Shown piece after piece: positions 1 to 10,470 of a stretch of 64,000 bases of DNA. Below the pieces are notes generated by a model. It saw nothing but the letters and a program-made list of their open reading frames with translations. It made no database searches and was not told the DNA's origin. The position numbers were made by a program, and so were the translations under genes. The stretch is from Candidatus Obscuribacteraceae bacterium (GTDB taxonomy: Bacteria; Cyanobacteriota; Vampirovibrionia; Obscuribacterales; Obscuribacteraceae), in contig JBGAHS010000002.1 of NCBI GenBank assembly GCA_044226015.1, positions 689,571 through 753,570 on the forward strand, given 5' to 3'. The number at the start of each line of letters is the position of its first letter. Position 1 is the stretch's first letter.

Positions 1-71
1 AAATTCTTTCCAATTGTCCTGTTACTATTGCTTGTTTAGTTAGTGGTGGCGCTTCCAAACCGGATTTTTCG

Positions 72-1925
72 ATGCAACCGTTTGACGCTCTTAGCATGAG
101 AGCAGTATTAGCTGAAGCCAATCCAATTCTGCTAAATCGTCGAGTTGAGAAGATTCAACAGATAAGCAGAGATGAGGTCGTCATTTCGCTGCGTTCCAAA
201 GCGGGAACAGTCCATTTGCTTGTGTCCGCCCAGGCGAGCTTCGGCCGCATATGCCTGCTGCCGACGCCACCTGCACCGAAAGGAAGCAACCCGCCACCCT
301 TTTGCCAGCTATTGCGCAAGCATCTGACTTCAGCGATTTTGATGGAACTGACTCAGCTGCCCGGCGAGCGCGTTGTCGACCTGGTTTTTGCCTGTTCTGA
401 TGAACTGGGTAATCGCTCAAGCAAAAGTCTGACAGCGGAAATTATGGGTCGCCACAGCAACCTCATTCTCTGGGACATTGACACAAACAAAATTCTTGGA
501 GCCTCTCACGTCGTCACCGCAGAAATGAGCAGACAGCGCGAAGTCTCAGCCGGGCTGACTTACGTGCGCCCCCCAAAGCAAGAGAAGCCGGGAATTTTCG
601 CCCTTAGCCACGATGAGTTTGATAAAGCTTACGCTCGCCTGCAGGCAAGCTATGCAGCTGCCAGCGAAACGCAAAACGACGGCACGGAAAAATCGCAGGG
701 CGGAGAAATCAAAACTTACGAGCAATGGCTGATGGCAAACTTCGCTGGGCTGGGCAGGCATCTTGCCGAAGAAATTGTTGAAGCTGCAAAATTGCCTGAT
801 GCAATCAGTAAAGAAACTACGAGCACAGCAGAGCGAGATGAGCTCTGGAAGCGCATCGAATCCATACAAAATATTAGCAACTACGCACCAAGTATGCGCA
901 TCGACCTGACTAAATTCTCTGTGCTTTCCTGGTGGAAAGAAGAAAGCAGAGGCGCAGAATTATGGAAAGAGCACAGTTCGGCGAACGAGATGATCGATAG
1001 CTACTTCAAGGGTGTGCAACTTCGTACCGAAATTCAGCAGCTGAAAGATCGCATTCGCTCAGAACTAAAAACTGAAAACGACAAGCTTCAACAGCGCATG
1101 GAATTGGCAAAGAAGCTACTGTGCGAGTCGGCTGACCACGACAGATTCAAGAAATTTGGTGATACCATTCTTGCGCACTTGAATGAAATTAAGCCAGGAC
1201 AAAGCAAGCTTGAATGCCCCGATATGTTCGCGGAAACGGAACAAATGCTTTCGATTGAGCTCAACCCGAACGTCTCAGCATCGCAAAACGCGCAAAATTA
1301 TTATCGACGGTTTGCAAAAGCGAGGACGCGCTCGAAGACTGCAAGCGCCTCCGCGCAAGATGCAAATGACAAACTCGCGGAAGTTCAAGCGTGCACACTG
1401 ACACTCGAAAAAGCAGAGACTTTAAACGACCTTCAATCACTAAAGGAAAAGGTACTTGATCGCGGACGCAAAGCTGAAGCAGTGCCAAGCAAGCCTCAGT
1501 CAACGCATGGCTCGCAACGCGAGCACAAGGCAAGCCATCCACGTTTATTGAGCACAAAGTCATCAGACGGATTCACCATCTTGGTCGGACGTAACAAACA
1601 AGAGAATGATGTGCTAGTGAGCAAATTAGCGCACCCGCATGATATATGGTTGCACGCTCAAGGACTCGAAGGCGCACATGTTCTAATAAAACTACCGAAC
1701 AAAAAAGACCCACCGCTAAGCACCTTGAAAGAGGCTGCACAAATTGCTGCTCGTTTTGCAAAAATCGGACTGGGCGGTAAAGTAAAGGTGATCTACACCT
1801 ACGGTAAGTATGTTCGAAAAATAGCAAAAGACAAGCCGGGTTTGGTTCGATATGAAAATGAAAAGACACTGGAAGTTGATACGGCAGCGCCCCTGCCGGA
1901 AGCTTTGCGCAAGTTTTTCTCGTAG
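72..1925 (+). CDS. rqcH: NFACT family ribosome quality control protein (RqcH/FbpA-like)
   Basis: N-terminal NFACT-N (MQPFD..., EIMGRHSNLIL), coiled coil with NAQNYYRRFAK, C-terminal NFACT-R (GRNKQEND, DIWLHA..GAHV). Confidence 0.9.
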   Translation: MQPFDALSMRAVLAEANPILLNRRVEKIQQISRDEVVISLRSKAGTVHLLVSAQASFGRICLLPTPPAPKGSNPPPFCQLLRKHLTSAILMELTQLPGERVVDLVFACSDELGNRSSKSLTAEIMGRHSNLILWDIDTNKILGASHVVTAEMSRQREVSAGLTYVRPPKQEKPGIFALSHDEFDKAYARLQASYAAASETQNDGTEKSQGGEIKTYEQWLMANFAGLGRHLAEEIVEAAKLPDAISKETTSTAERDELWKRIESIQNISNYAPSMRIDLTKFSVLSWWKEESRGAELWKEHSSANEMIDSYFKGVQLRTEIQQLKDRIRSELKTENDKLQQRMELAKKLLCESADHDRFKKFGDTILAHLNEIKPGQSKLECPDMFAETEQMLSIELNPNVSASQNAQNYYRRFAKARTRSKTASASAQDANDKLAEVQACTLTLEKAETLNDLQSLKEKVLDRGRKAEAVPSKPQSTHGSQREHKASHPRLLSTKSSDGFTILVGRNKQENDVLVSKLAHPHDIWLHAQGLEGAHVLIKLPNKKDPPLSTLKEAAQIAARFAKIGLGGKVKVIYTYGKYVRKIAKDKPGLVRYENEKTLEVDTAAPLPEALRKFFS

Positions 1926-1934
1926 GTAGAATGC

Positions 1935-2612
1935 ATGGCAAAAATTTTGATAGTTGAGGATGACAAACAAGTTGGAGAAGTACTGAAAGACGTACTTAAC
2001 CATGAGCACTACCTCACTGACCTGGCACCAACATTGTCTGACGCAAAACACTTTCTGAAGGTGTCGGCCTACGATTTGATTTTACTAGATTGGGAACTAC
2101 CCGATGGACCAGGCGTCGACCTATGTCGAGATTTGCGCAGAGTGAACGACGCAGTGCCGATATTGATGCTGACAGGCCGCTCAGCAATACAAGACAAAGC
2201 GACCGGGCTCGATATTGGTGCAGATGATTATTTAACCAAGCCATTCGAAATCGCAGAACTTCTAGCACGCATCAGAAGCTTGCTGCGAAGACTCTGGCAA
2301 GAGAAGAGCGAGCGCCTAACTTTTGGACCTCTGGAAATGGATATACAAACCAGACAGGTTTTTCGTGATGGCAAAGAGCTGAAATTGTTGCGCAAAGAAT
2401 TTGACTTGCTTGAACTTTTGATGCGCAACACCTCAACTCACTTCTCCACAGACATGTTGCTTCAAAAACTCTGGGGCGGCGACACGGACGCAGGAACTGA
2501 CGCAGTATTCCAATGCATACGCAGACTGCGCAGAAAACTTGATGATGGCGAGGCACCGTCCATAGTGCACCTCGAACACGGACAGGGGTATTGCCTGAAG
2601 GTTCCAAGCTAG
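1935..2612 (+). CDS. OmpR-family DNA-binding response regulator
   Basis: Receiver domain (ILIVEDD, LDWELP, GADDYLTKPF) plus winged-helix C-terminus. Confidence 0.95.
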   Translation: MAKILIVEDDKQVGEVLKDVLNHEHYLTDLAPTLSDAKHFLKVSAYDLILLDWELPDGPGVDLCRDLRRVNDAVPILMLTGRSAIQDKATGLDIGADDYLTKPFEIAELLARIRSLLRRLWQEKSERLTFGPLEMDIQTRQVFRDGKELKLLRKEFDLLELLMRNTSTHFSTDMLLQKLWGGDTDAGTDAVFQCIRRLRRKLDDGEAPSIVHLEHGQGYCLKVPS

Positions 2613-3068
2613 AATTTGGCAACGCACCGTTTGCCAGAGATTGATTCAATGGAGTGATTCAATGGCTCGGTTCAATGGAGCTATTCATTGAAGCTATTCA
2701 TTGGAATGAATCATGTGATGAATCCCTAGTAGAACAGACTGAAAATACAAAGTTTTTTAGGCAATTTCAAAAAGATCAAGCGGAGTGTTTCCGTGGAGTT
2801 ACCTCTTTTTGCCCTGAAAGTCTTGCGCAAGCTATGCGAACAGCTCAAACAAAAGGTCACTGCTGAGATTTTATGTTCCGAAAACCCAACCCCAGAGCAG
2901 AGCTTTGGTGTCAATAGCAATTTGGCAAGAATTTTGAAGAAAAAAGTCAACATGCATAGGGTATTGTGAATTTAGTCCAAATTTGATCTCAACCGGTCGG
3001 GCAACTGCTTCCGGTTGAGCGTTCTCTACTGGAAAAAATTTTGGAGCACATGTCGGGGGGCTTTGTGT

Positions 3069-3560
3069 ATGAGTCGAGATCAAAAGAATTGCGGAACCAG
3101 CATCTTGCATTTGGCAAAAGTTGCAAAAATATTTGGCAAAATTTGGTCATATGGTAAGCGAGGTGTCGCCATTTCTTTGGCATCAATGATGAGCGCACAA
3201 ATGCTCACACCAGCCCTTGCGAATCCGCCCTCGCCCCCGCGGCCAGGCTCTATAAACCCTAATGGCTTTTCCGTAGTCATGAGTGGATCAACCCCTGTGC
3301 ATTCGACAGCGACACCAGCCACGATACCAGCGAGTTTGATTTCATCGATCATGAACGCAAGTGGTACAACAAATTTTCAAAAGTCTCAGGTAATCGACAT
3401 AGGCAATTACCCGAGTGGAACGCTGAGCTTTGCTGGAAATTTTGTAAACCAGTCAACGCTTTATTTGATAAGCAGCAATCCTCATGTATCAACTGCGACG
3501 ATCAAGGCCGATAACGATGAGGTATTCGCGAGATGCGAGTTGACAATCTTGAGCAACTGA
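3069..3560 (+). pseudogene. Truncated N-terminal fragment of a large secreted/filamentous exoprotein
   Basis: Signal-like segment (GVAISLASMMSAQMLTPALA) then Ser/Thr/Asn/Gly-rich beta-type sequence ending abruptly where the next ORF overlaps. Confidence 0.45.
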
Positions 3561-4786
3561 AGCATACATCAACAATCATAGCCATCCAAGAGTTTTTCCA
3601 GAATTTCTGCATTTCCTTCGAGAGACAATTGTGGGGGTCAAGACTTGTCGGCTCATTTAAAGTCAAGATTTCTTTCCGGTACAGGGATGGTAATTTCAAT
3701 TACACCTTTCTCAACGATAGTAAATTATCGGAAGAGCAGCGCCTAGAGCTGGAAGTTGTGCTTAAAAGATTTCTAGATGACACCACTTTTTTAAATTTTC
3801 CATTACGCAATACTGACTTTGCCTTGGAATTATCACCTGGTTTCAAAATCATACTCAAGTCCCAGTCATGTACCAAAGAGCTTCTCAGCTTGGCGAATCA
3901 AATGATTTCCAAAATTGATCTAAGAAAACTAAATCTGGGAACCACAATGTTTAGAGTCACCTTCTTGCGTGCACCAAACTCTTGCTTTTGCGTTCCTGTC
4001 TATTCCGATTCAACAGTGAAAAGGGACATTGAAAAAGCCTGCCTAATTATCAAAGAGGTCGTAGGGAATCTCTTCGATGCTTTTGAAAGAATATGTGCCG
4101 CGGACTCACTAGAGTTATGTATAGGAGCAACCGAGAACCAATTGGTGCCTGTCATACCAGATATTAAGCTAGTCGAACTGGAGCGAAGTAACTATAAAAC
4201 TTCTATTGACCTGCTTTATTGGTACAAAAGACAAGTAGAGATCGAACCGGAAAAAATGCTCTATCTTTTTGACTACCGATTGGCTCTTTCTTGGTTTTCA
4301 AATTCTGAAGACATTCTTTCTCTAGCAGAAGCTTGCATTGACCAGTGCTTTGAAAATGTAGGTGAATTATCTACCCAACAGTGTTATGGTCTTGCCAAAG
4401 CTATGGGATACTTTTGCAACAAATTCAACACTTCAAAATATGAAAGTAAGATTTTACAGCTGATGAAATTTGTTGTGGAAAACGACAAAGAAACCGCCGA
4501 GTCTTCTATCTTTGACCTTGCCTTGTACTATAAGTCTTTTGGCAAGAATGATCTTGCATATGACCAGCTCGCCTCGGAAAGGTTTAGACCATTCTTGCGA
4601 CCCGGTGTACGTTACGGCATATATCTGTCCATGATCCTAGAGATGGGGCGAAAGTGCGGAAAGAAAGAAGAAGCCATCGCATTGGTTCAGGAAGTTGCTG
4701 ATGGACTAACTGAAGAGAGATTCCAAAACTATCGTGAGAGTACTAACCGGATTATAGAAGCAGCAAAGATGATAGATGACGCGTGA
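3533..4786 (+). CDS. Hypothetical protein, helical/TPR-like C-terminus
   Basis: 417-aa ORF, visibly AT-richer than neighbouring housekeeping genes. Confidence 0.65.
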   Translation: MRVDNLEQLKHTSTIIAIQEFFQNFCISFERQLWGSRLVGSFKVKISFRYRDGNFNYTFLNDSKLSEEQRLELEVVLKRFLDDTTFLNFPLRNTDFALELSPGFKIILKSQSCTKELLSLANQMISKIDLRKLNLGTTMFRVTFLRAPNSCFCVPVYSDSTVKRDIEKACLIIKEVVGNLFDAFERICAADSLELCIGATENQLVPVIPDIKLVELERSNYKTSIDLLYWYKRQVEIEPEKMLYLFDYRLALSWFSNSEDILSLAEACIDQCFENVGELSTQQCYGLAKAMGYFCNKFNTSKYESKILQLMKFVVENDKETAESSIFDLALYYKSFGKNDLAYDQLASERFRPFLRPGVRYGIYLSMILEMGRKCGKKEEAIALVQEVADGLTEERFQNYRESTNRIIEAAKMIDDA

Positions 4787-5027
4787 GATGTATTTTCCGG
4801 TTGGTGCTGAGCGCAGCATTCACCAAGTGCAACAGAAATTTCAACACAAGGATTATTCTGCAGCAGAAACTACATTACACTACGAGCACGGGAAGACACA
4901 CTGCCTGAATCTTCAGAGCTAGGCAAAACGCAGAATAACAGCACAGTCTTCCGATTACATAGTCAGCTTCCAAGCATGGTAACTTAGGATAGAAGCCTTC
5001 TTCCATGTGGCCGCTTGAGTTGAGAGA

Positions 5028-6902
5028 ATGGACAAGCTAGACGAGAAAAAAGTAAAGCTGACGGAAGCTGCTCCAACGGAGCAGCTAGCTTACGACCTCG
5101 CAATGAATAAAACTGAATCCTCGCAGGAAGCAGCCGACGACAACAGCTTGGATTTAGGCGTTTCAATAGCTGACCTTTCCGCTCAGAGCGCCTCCGCTCA
5201 AAGGACTAAAAGACGCAGGCGAATCCTCTTGATGCTGGCGTTGATTATCTTATCCTTGAGCACAAGCTATTACTCGTTCTGGTTGTACAACAAAACAAAA
5301 TTGATTTCAGTAACAGAACTGGGACTATGCGCAGATTCTGTTTTAGATAGACAATACGGCGCTAAATACGAACAAGACGAAGCACTTTGGCTAAATTTGT
5401 GCGCTCGCTTCACGGGCACTACAAGCGCAGGGAATAACGAAGCTCTAGAAATTGCAAGAGCTGTAGCAGCGAAGAAAAACAAGGACTACTTTGTGGCGAG
5501 GCTTTGTGAATCGCGGGCCCTGGAATATATCGCCCAGGCGAAGCGCAGCCAGAACAGGTATGAAGTGTTAGAAGACTACTACAAGAAGGCATTAGCAATC
5601 AATCAAGAAATACTAGGTAAGACTCATCCTGCAACACTGGAATGCCTCGGCCGCTTGTTCTATGAGTATTTTCATCATCAAAAACTCGAATATGCCAAAC
5701 AAGCTGCCGACTCAGGCTTAAAACTATGTAGTGAATCTTTTGGAATAAGGGAATCAACAAGTGCAGCTTTCCTTGAATGCCTAAGAAGAATCCGCCCTTC
5801 CTACTACAAATACAAGAGAGTAGATGTTCTTAGTCCTGAGACTTACTCACTCTTTAAAGACGAAGTGCCAGCCACAAATGCAGCACCAAAGCTCGCAATA
5901 TCAGATTCTCAAATGAATGCATATAGATTCATTCTCGCAGGCAAGATTCATGAAGCCGATTGTGAATATCGAAAACTTCTTCAACAAATAGCCAGCATGA
6001 AAGGAATTGACTCAACCAAGTACCGTAACGCAGCATCTTGCTATGCAACTCTATTGGCGAGCCAGGGCCGCCAGGAAGAAGCTAAACGGCTTTGCGAAAA
6101 AGCGCATATAGAATTACCAACAACAACATTTACACCTCTCGCTGACAGCCCCATCACTTCACCGGTATGCAAACCCGCATCGTATTCAGGTCAAAGAAGT
6201 AGAGTAGCAACGGCTTTCGATGTAGAGGAAAAACTGAGACCTTTTGCGAAGCAAGGAACTGTTGCTATTTCGGAATTGAAAACGAAAGCAAACCTCACTG
6301 GTTTCGGCTTTTTCGTTGGTCCGAGAATGTTGTTAACCAGCACCAGCGTAATAGGCTCCCGAAGCGACATACTAAACCGCACAGCAAAAAGCTGCTCTGA
6401 CGAGAGTGAATTTCTGTTGCTAAGAATTTTGGCAAAAGACCCTGAACACGGCATGACCATAGTGGAGGCGCTTCCATCGAGTCCTTCGTCCAGACTGGGC
6501 AGAACATTGCAAATATCTGATTTGAGCACTGATGCCTGGACTTCAGGTATATATCTATTTAAGAATACAGATAACACGATATCCTTTGGTTCGGGCATTG
6601 TAACCACAGTGGCAAGTAATACAACTGCGCCCGCTTCGACAGATGTAGTAAAATCCTGCTCCTTGAGCAATGCTGAATATCTTAATCTTAGCGCCTCTAG
6701 TGGAGAGAAAAACGATGGAGCCCCATGCTTAGGAGAGGACAGCAAGGTGATGGGAGTTGTTGTAGCTAAAGAGCTAGCCGCATCAGCCCGCTTTATTCCG
6801 CCACTTATTGAAAAGGCTGAAAAAGTACTAGCCGAACAAAAGAACAAATCGAACGAGCCCGAAAAAGGAACGCAAGCTAACAAGACACCCAAGGCACATT
6901 AA
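5028..6902 (+). CDS. Membrane-anchored TPR protein with degenerate trypsin-like domain
   Basis: TM helix after RRRR, kinesin-light-chain-type TPR (YKKALAINQEILGKTHPAT), trypsin-2-like C-terminus (GFGFFVG, GAPCLGEDSKVMGVV). Confidence 0.7.
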   Translation: MDKLDEKKVKLTEAAPTEQLAYDLAMNKTESSQEAADDNSLDLGVSIADLSAQSASAQRTKRRRRILLMLALIILSLSTSYYSFWLYNKTKLISVTELGLCADSVLDRQYGAKYEQDEALWLNLCARFTGTTSAGNNEALEIARAVAAKKNKDYFVARLCESRALEYIAQAKRSQNRYEVLEDYYKKALAINQEILGKTHPATLECLGRLFYEYFHHQKLEYAKQAADSGLKLCSESFGIRESTSAAFLECLRRIRPSYYKYKRVDVLSPETYSLFKDEVPATNAAPKLAISDSQMNAYRFILAGKIHEADCEYRKLLQQIASMKGIDSTKYRNAASCYATLLASQGRQEEAKRLCEKAHIELPTTTFTPLADSPITSPVCKPASYSGQRSRVATAFDVEEKLRPFAKQGTVAISELKTKANLTGFGFFVGPRMLLTSTSVIGSRSDILNRTAKSCSDESEFLLLRILAKDPEHGMTIVEALPSSPSSRLGRTLQISDLSTDAWTSGIYLFKNTDNTISFGSGIVTTVASNTTAPASTDVVKSCSLSNAEYLNLSASSGEKNDGAPCLGEDSKVMGVVVAKELAASARFIPPLIEKAEKVLAEQKNKSNEPEKGTQANKTPKAH

Positions 6903-7060
6903 TCGCAAAGCTATGCCGGGACACATTTGTCCGATCAATCATTCGATCAATCAACCCTCGCTCGGTCAGCAGCGCAGAAAAAGAAATTATCAAAAGCTAC
7001 TTCCGTAGAGCTGAAGAAATCAGATGAGTACTAAGCACCATTAATAGTACACGTCGACGA

Positions 7061-7526
7061 ACGCAGTGCCTATATTGATGCTGACGGGTCGCTCAGCAAT
7101 CAAGACAAAGCGACTGGGCTCGATATTGGTGCAGCTGATTATTCAACTAAGCCATTCAAAATTGCAGAACTTCTAACACGCGTCAGAAGCTTGCGACGAA
7201 GACTCTGGCAAGAGAAGAGCGAGCGCCTAACTTTTGGTCCTCTGGAAATGGATATACAAACCAGACAGGTTTTTCATGACGGCAAAGAGCTGAAATTGTT
7301 GCGCAAAGAATTTGACTTGCTTGAACTTTTGATGCGCAATACCTCAACATACTTCTCCACAGACATGTTGCCTCAAAACCTCTGGGGCGGCGACACGGAC
7401 GCAGGAACTGACGCAGTATTCCAATGCATACACAGACTGCGCAGAAAACTTGATGATGGCTAGGCACCGTCCATAGTGCACCTCGAACACGGGCAGGGGT
7501 ATTGCCTGAAGGTTCCAAGCTAGAAT
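7061..7526 (+). pseudogene. Decayed duplicate of the 3' two-thirds of the response regulator gene (2149-2615)
   Basis: Near-identical to 2149-2615 by eye; 1-bp deletion near 7100 and GAG>TAG stop at 7461-7463. Confidence 0.92.
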
Positions 7527-7957
7527 ATTTGCTTTGGTGTGTTACTCAAGGAAATCTATTAGTTTCTGGTTTCAATCCTGGAAGCATAACCGCCTCAACA
7601 ATAGATGTCTCTATTGTTCCCGGTAATCCTCGAAATGGAAGCATACTCATTGACACCGGTGGAGGTAACATTACAACGGGAAGTCTTATATGTCGTTTGC
7701 AATATTCCCACCAAAACATATCGATTAGCATATATTATAGATAAGCCTGACCACTGACCGCTGGCACGCTCGCAATTCGGCCAGCCCATACAGCGCTGCA
7801 ACTGATTCTTGCACAAATTATGTGATGTCGGTTATGCCGATGAAAACGTAAATTGAGAAGCCGGGCACCACTGCGCGATAAAACCGCAGAGAACCAAAGG
7901 ACAGGGAACGAGCCCTGTCCTTTGACAAAAATACTTCTGAAGAAATCAGAGTTGCAA

Positions 7958-8644
7958 TTACATTTTGCGGAATAAGGCAACAACAACGCCTTGTATTTGA
8001 AGGTCATTCAAAGAGTTGACGTAAATCGGTTCCATTGCGGAATTTGCTGGCTGTAACCGGAATCGGTTCTTCTCTTTGTAGAAGCGTTTCAACGTAGCAC
8101 TTCCGTCGTCTAGCAATGCCACCACTATCTCACCTTGATTTGGAGATGGCTTCGGCTTGATGATTACAAAGTCTCCGTCGTGTATGCCATCTTCAATCAT
8201 TGAGTCGCCCTTCACCTTCAGCGCAAAGCATCCAGCTGAATACTGGGAATCAATCTCTAGATATTCATCGCGGCTCACTACATCGATTGGCTGACCCGCA
8301 GCAATCATACCGGCATAAGGAATGCCTATCGGAGTGGCGTCGTCGTCGTCAGAGATAACGTCTTCTCCTTCTTCTGTCACAGCGGCTACAATCGGCTTAA
8401 CAGCTTCTGGAGAATCAGCTACACGGAGCGACCTGTTAAGACCTGGCTCCCACAAGACAATGCCCTTCTTTTTCAAGGCAGTTACATGCTGGTGCACTGT
8501 CATTCGGTTTCGCAACCCCATTGCTTTGGCAAGCTCCGCCAGAGTTGGTGGATATCCATGCTCCTCAGTGAGCTGAATAATTAACCGAACGACCTCCTTT
8601 TGCCGTGGTGGAAGGGATTCTAGTTCTGTCACCACTTTTAGCAC
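7958..8644 (-). CDS. lexA: SOS repressor LexA (true start probably GTG near 8635)
   Basis: wHTH (GYPPTLAELA), Ala-Gly cleavage site (IAAGQP), S24 peptidase motifs (GDSM, ATLKR). Confidence 0.96.
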   Translation of the reverse strand: MLKVVTELESLPPRQKEVVRLIIQLTEEHGYPPTLAELAKAMGLRNRMTVHQHVTALKKKGIVLWEPGLNRSLRVADSPEAVKPIVAAVTEEGEDVISDDDDATPIGIPYAGMIAAGQPIDVVSRDEYLEIDSQYSAGCFALKVKGDSMIEDGIHDGDFVIIKPKPSPNQGEIVVALLDDGSATLKRFYKEKNRFRLQPANSAMEPIYVNSLNDLQIQGVVVALFRKM

Positions 8645-8684
8645 TCCTTGTTTCTAGGGTTTCAAAAGGAAAATTATCAAACAC

Positions 8685-8720
8685 ATACGTAAGTATAGTA
8701 TCGAAGTATTTTCTTGTCTA
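8685..8720 (-). promoter_or_regulatory. sigma70-type lexA promoter with overlapping palindrome (candidate LexA operator)
   Basis: TAGACA(8720-8715)-17bp-TATACT(8697-8692); ATAC-N4-GTAT palindrome at 8685-8696. Confidence 0.6.
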
Positions 8721-8999
8721 GTAGTTTATGCAACTTTTTTCGGCATTATTGCAAATTCTTTCGTGCCACCATTCGGATGGTATCACTTACGGTGCACGAC
8801 AGAACATACACCCTTTCGAAAATGATGCTTACTCACCCATGTTCGCTTGCGCTTCGGAGAGAAAGCCAGGCTCTAACAATTCGAAACTCATGCTTTTCCC
8901 TGCCGGTTACTTGACAGCCACAAATGGCTGATTTAGTTCACAACGATGTAAATGAAGAGGCCTGGTCTGCTATGCTTGCGCTCAAAGAGAGACAATCCT

Positions 9000-10469
9000 A
9001 TGCACCTCGACCCGCTAATGCTGTCACGCATTCAGTTTGCGTTGACCATTATGTTTCACTACATCTTCCCGCCACTGACGATTGGTTTGGGATTATTTAT
9101 GGTGATAATCGAGACGCTCTGGCTCTATAAAAAAGAAGCCATTTACGAGTCTATGGCTCGCTTCTGGACCAAAATATTTGCCGTCAACTTCGCCATGGGC
9201 GTCGCGACTGGCATTGTAATGGAATTTGAGTTTGGTACGAATTGGTCTCGATATTCCAAATTTGTGGGCGATGTTTTCGGCTCAGCACTTGCGGCGGAAG
9301 GCATTTTTGCGTTTTTTCTGGAATCAGGCTTTCTTTCCATTCTCGTGTTCGGCTGGGGACGAGTTGGCAAAAAACTGCATTACCTCTCAACATTGATGGT
9401 GTGCCTGGGGTCGATTTTCTCAAGCGTCTGGATAACTATTGCAAACAGCTGGCAACAGACACCAGCTGGCTATCACATAGTAAAGACTGCCAACGGACTT
9501 TTGCGCGCAGAGATCGTCGATTTCTGGGCCATGGTCTTCAACCCATCGACAGTCCCCCGGCTTCTGCACGTCTGGTTGGGCGCTTTCGTTCTAGGTGCTT
9601 TCTTCGCACTAAGCATTAGTGCATTCTACATTTTGAAAAACATCCATCTTGATTTTGCAAAACGTAGTTTCAAAATCTCTCTTGTGTATGCGGCAGCCGC
9701 ATCGATGATCGCCGCAGCATCAGGGCATCTTCAAGCCTGCGAAGTGGCGGAGAACCAGCCCGCCAAACTCGCTGCAATGGAAGCACACTTCACCACCGGC
9801 ACTGGTGGCACAGGATTGTGGCTGTTCGGGCTGCCCGATCCCAAAAAGCAGCAGGTAAATTTCGGAGTTCAAGTGCCTTCGCTGCTCAGCCTGCTGGTAT
9901 ATTTCAACCCCGACAAACCTGTAAAAGGGCTCGACGCGTTCCCCAAGGAAGACCATCCACCAATTCTGATACCTTTCATTTCTTTTCACCTGATGGTGGC
10001 ACTCGGAACTTACTTTATTGCAGTGACCATGCTTGCATTGTTCCTGTGGTGGCGCGGAATGCTATTTAACTCGCGCCCGCTTCTGTGGACTTTTGTTTTC
10101 TCAACAGTTCCTGCCATTGCTGCAAATGAATTAGGCTGGGTCACTGCTGAAGTCGGACGACAGCCCTGGGTCGTCTATGGCCTTCTGCGCACCGCTGATG
10201 GTTACTCACAGGCAGTACCAGCAGAGCACATTTTAGGCTCGATCATCATGTTTGCAGTGATTTACTCCCTCTTATTCTGGGTGTGGATCTACGTTCTGCA
10301 CCAGAAAATACTACACGGACCCGAGCCAGTAACTGACATCACTGACAATACCCCACTCGGACAACTAATCGATTCTGCATCGCGTAGGAGCGACCCGGCT
10401 GGGCCATCAATGACTAGCTCAAAATCACCGTCCGACGAGCCGGCAAATCCCAACAGCGGGGAGGCTTGA
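9000..10469 (+). CDS. cydA: Cytochrome bd ubiquinol oxidase subunit I
   Basis: [44 protein letters not shown]. Confidence 0.97.
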   Translation: MHLDPLMLSRIQFALTIMFHYIFPPLTIGLGLFMVIIETLWLYKKEAIYESMARFWTKIFAVNFAMGVATGIVMEFEFGTNWSRYSKFVGDVFGSALAAEGIFAFFLESGFLSILVFGWGRVGKKLHYLSTLMVCLGSIFSSVWITIANSWQQTPAGYHIVKTANGLLRAEIVDFWAMVFNPSTVPRLLHVWLGAFVLGAFFALSISAFYILKNIHLDFAKRSFKISLVYAAAASMIAAASGHLQACEVAENQPAKLAAMEAHFTTGTGGTGLWLFGLPDPKKQQVNFGVQVPSLLSLLVYFNPDKPVKGLDAFPKEDHPPILIPFISFHLMVALGTYFIAVTMLALFLWWRGMLFNSRPLLWTFVFSTVPAIAANELGWVTAEVGRQPWVVYGLLRTADGYSQAVPAEHILGSIIMFAVIYSLLFWVWIYVLHQKILHGPEPVTDITDNTPLGQLIDSASRRSDPAGPSMTSSKSPSDEPANPNSGEA

Positions 10470-10470
10470 T

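Noticed and set aside
6191..6892. 233-aa antisense ORF
   Set aside because: Shadow of the 5028..6902 gene
8927..8942. CRP/FNR-like site GCTGA-N6-TCACA upstream of cydA
   Set aside because: Only one good half-site and uncertain spacing; too weak to call
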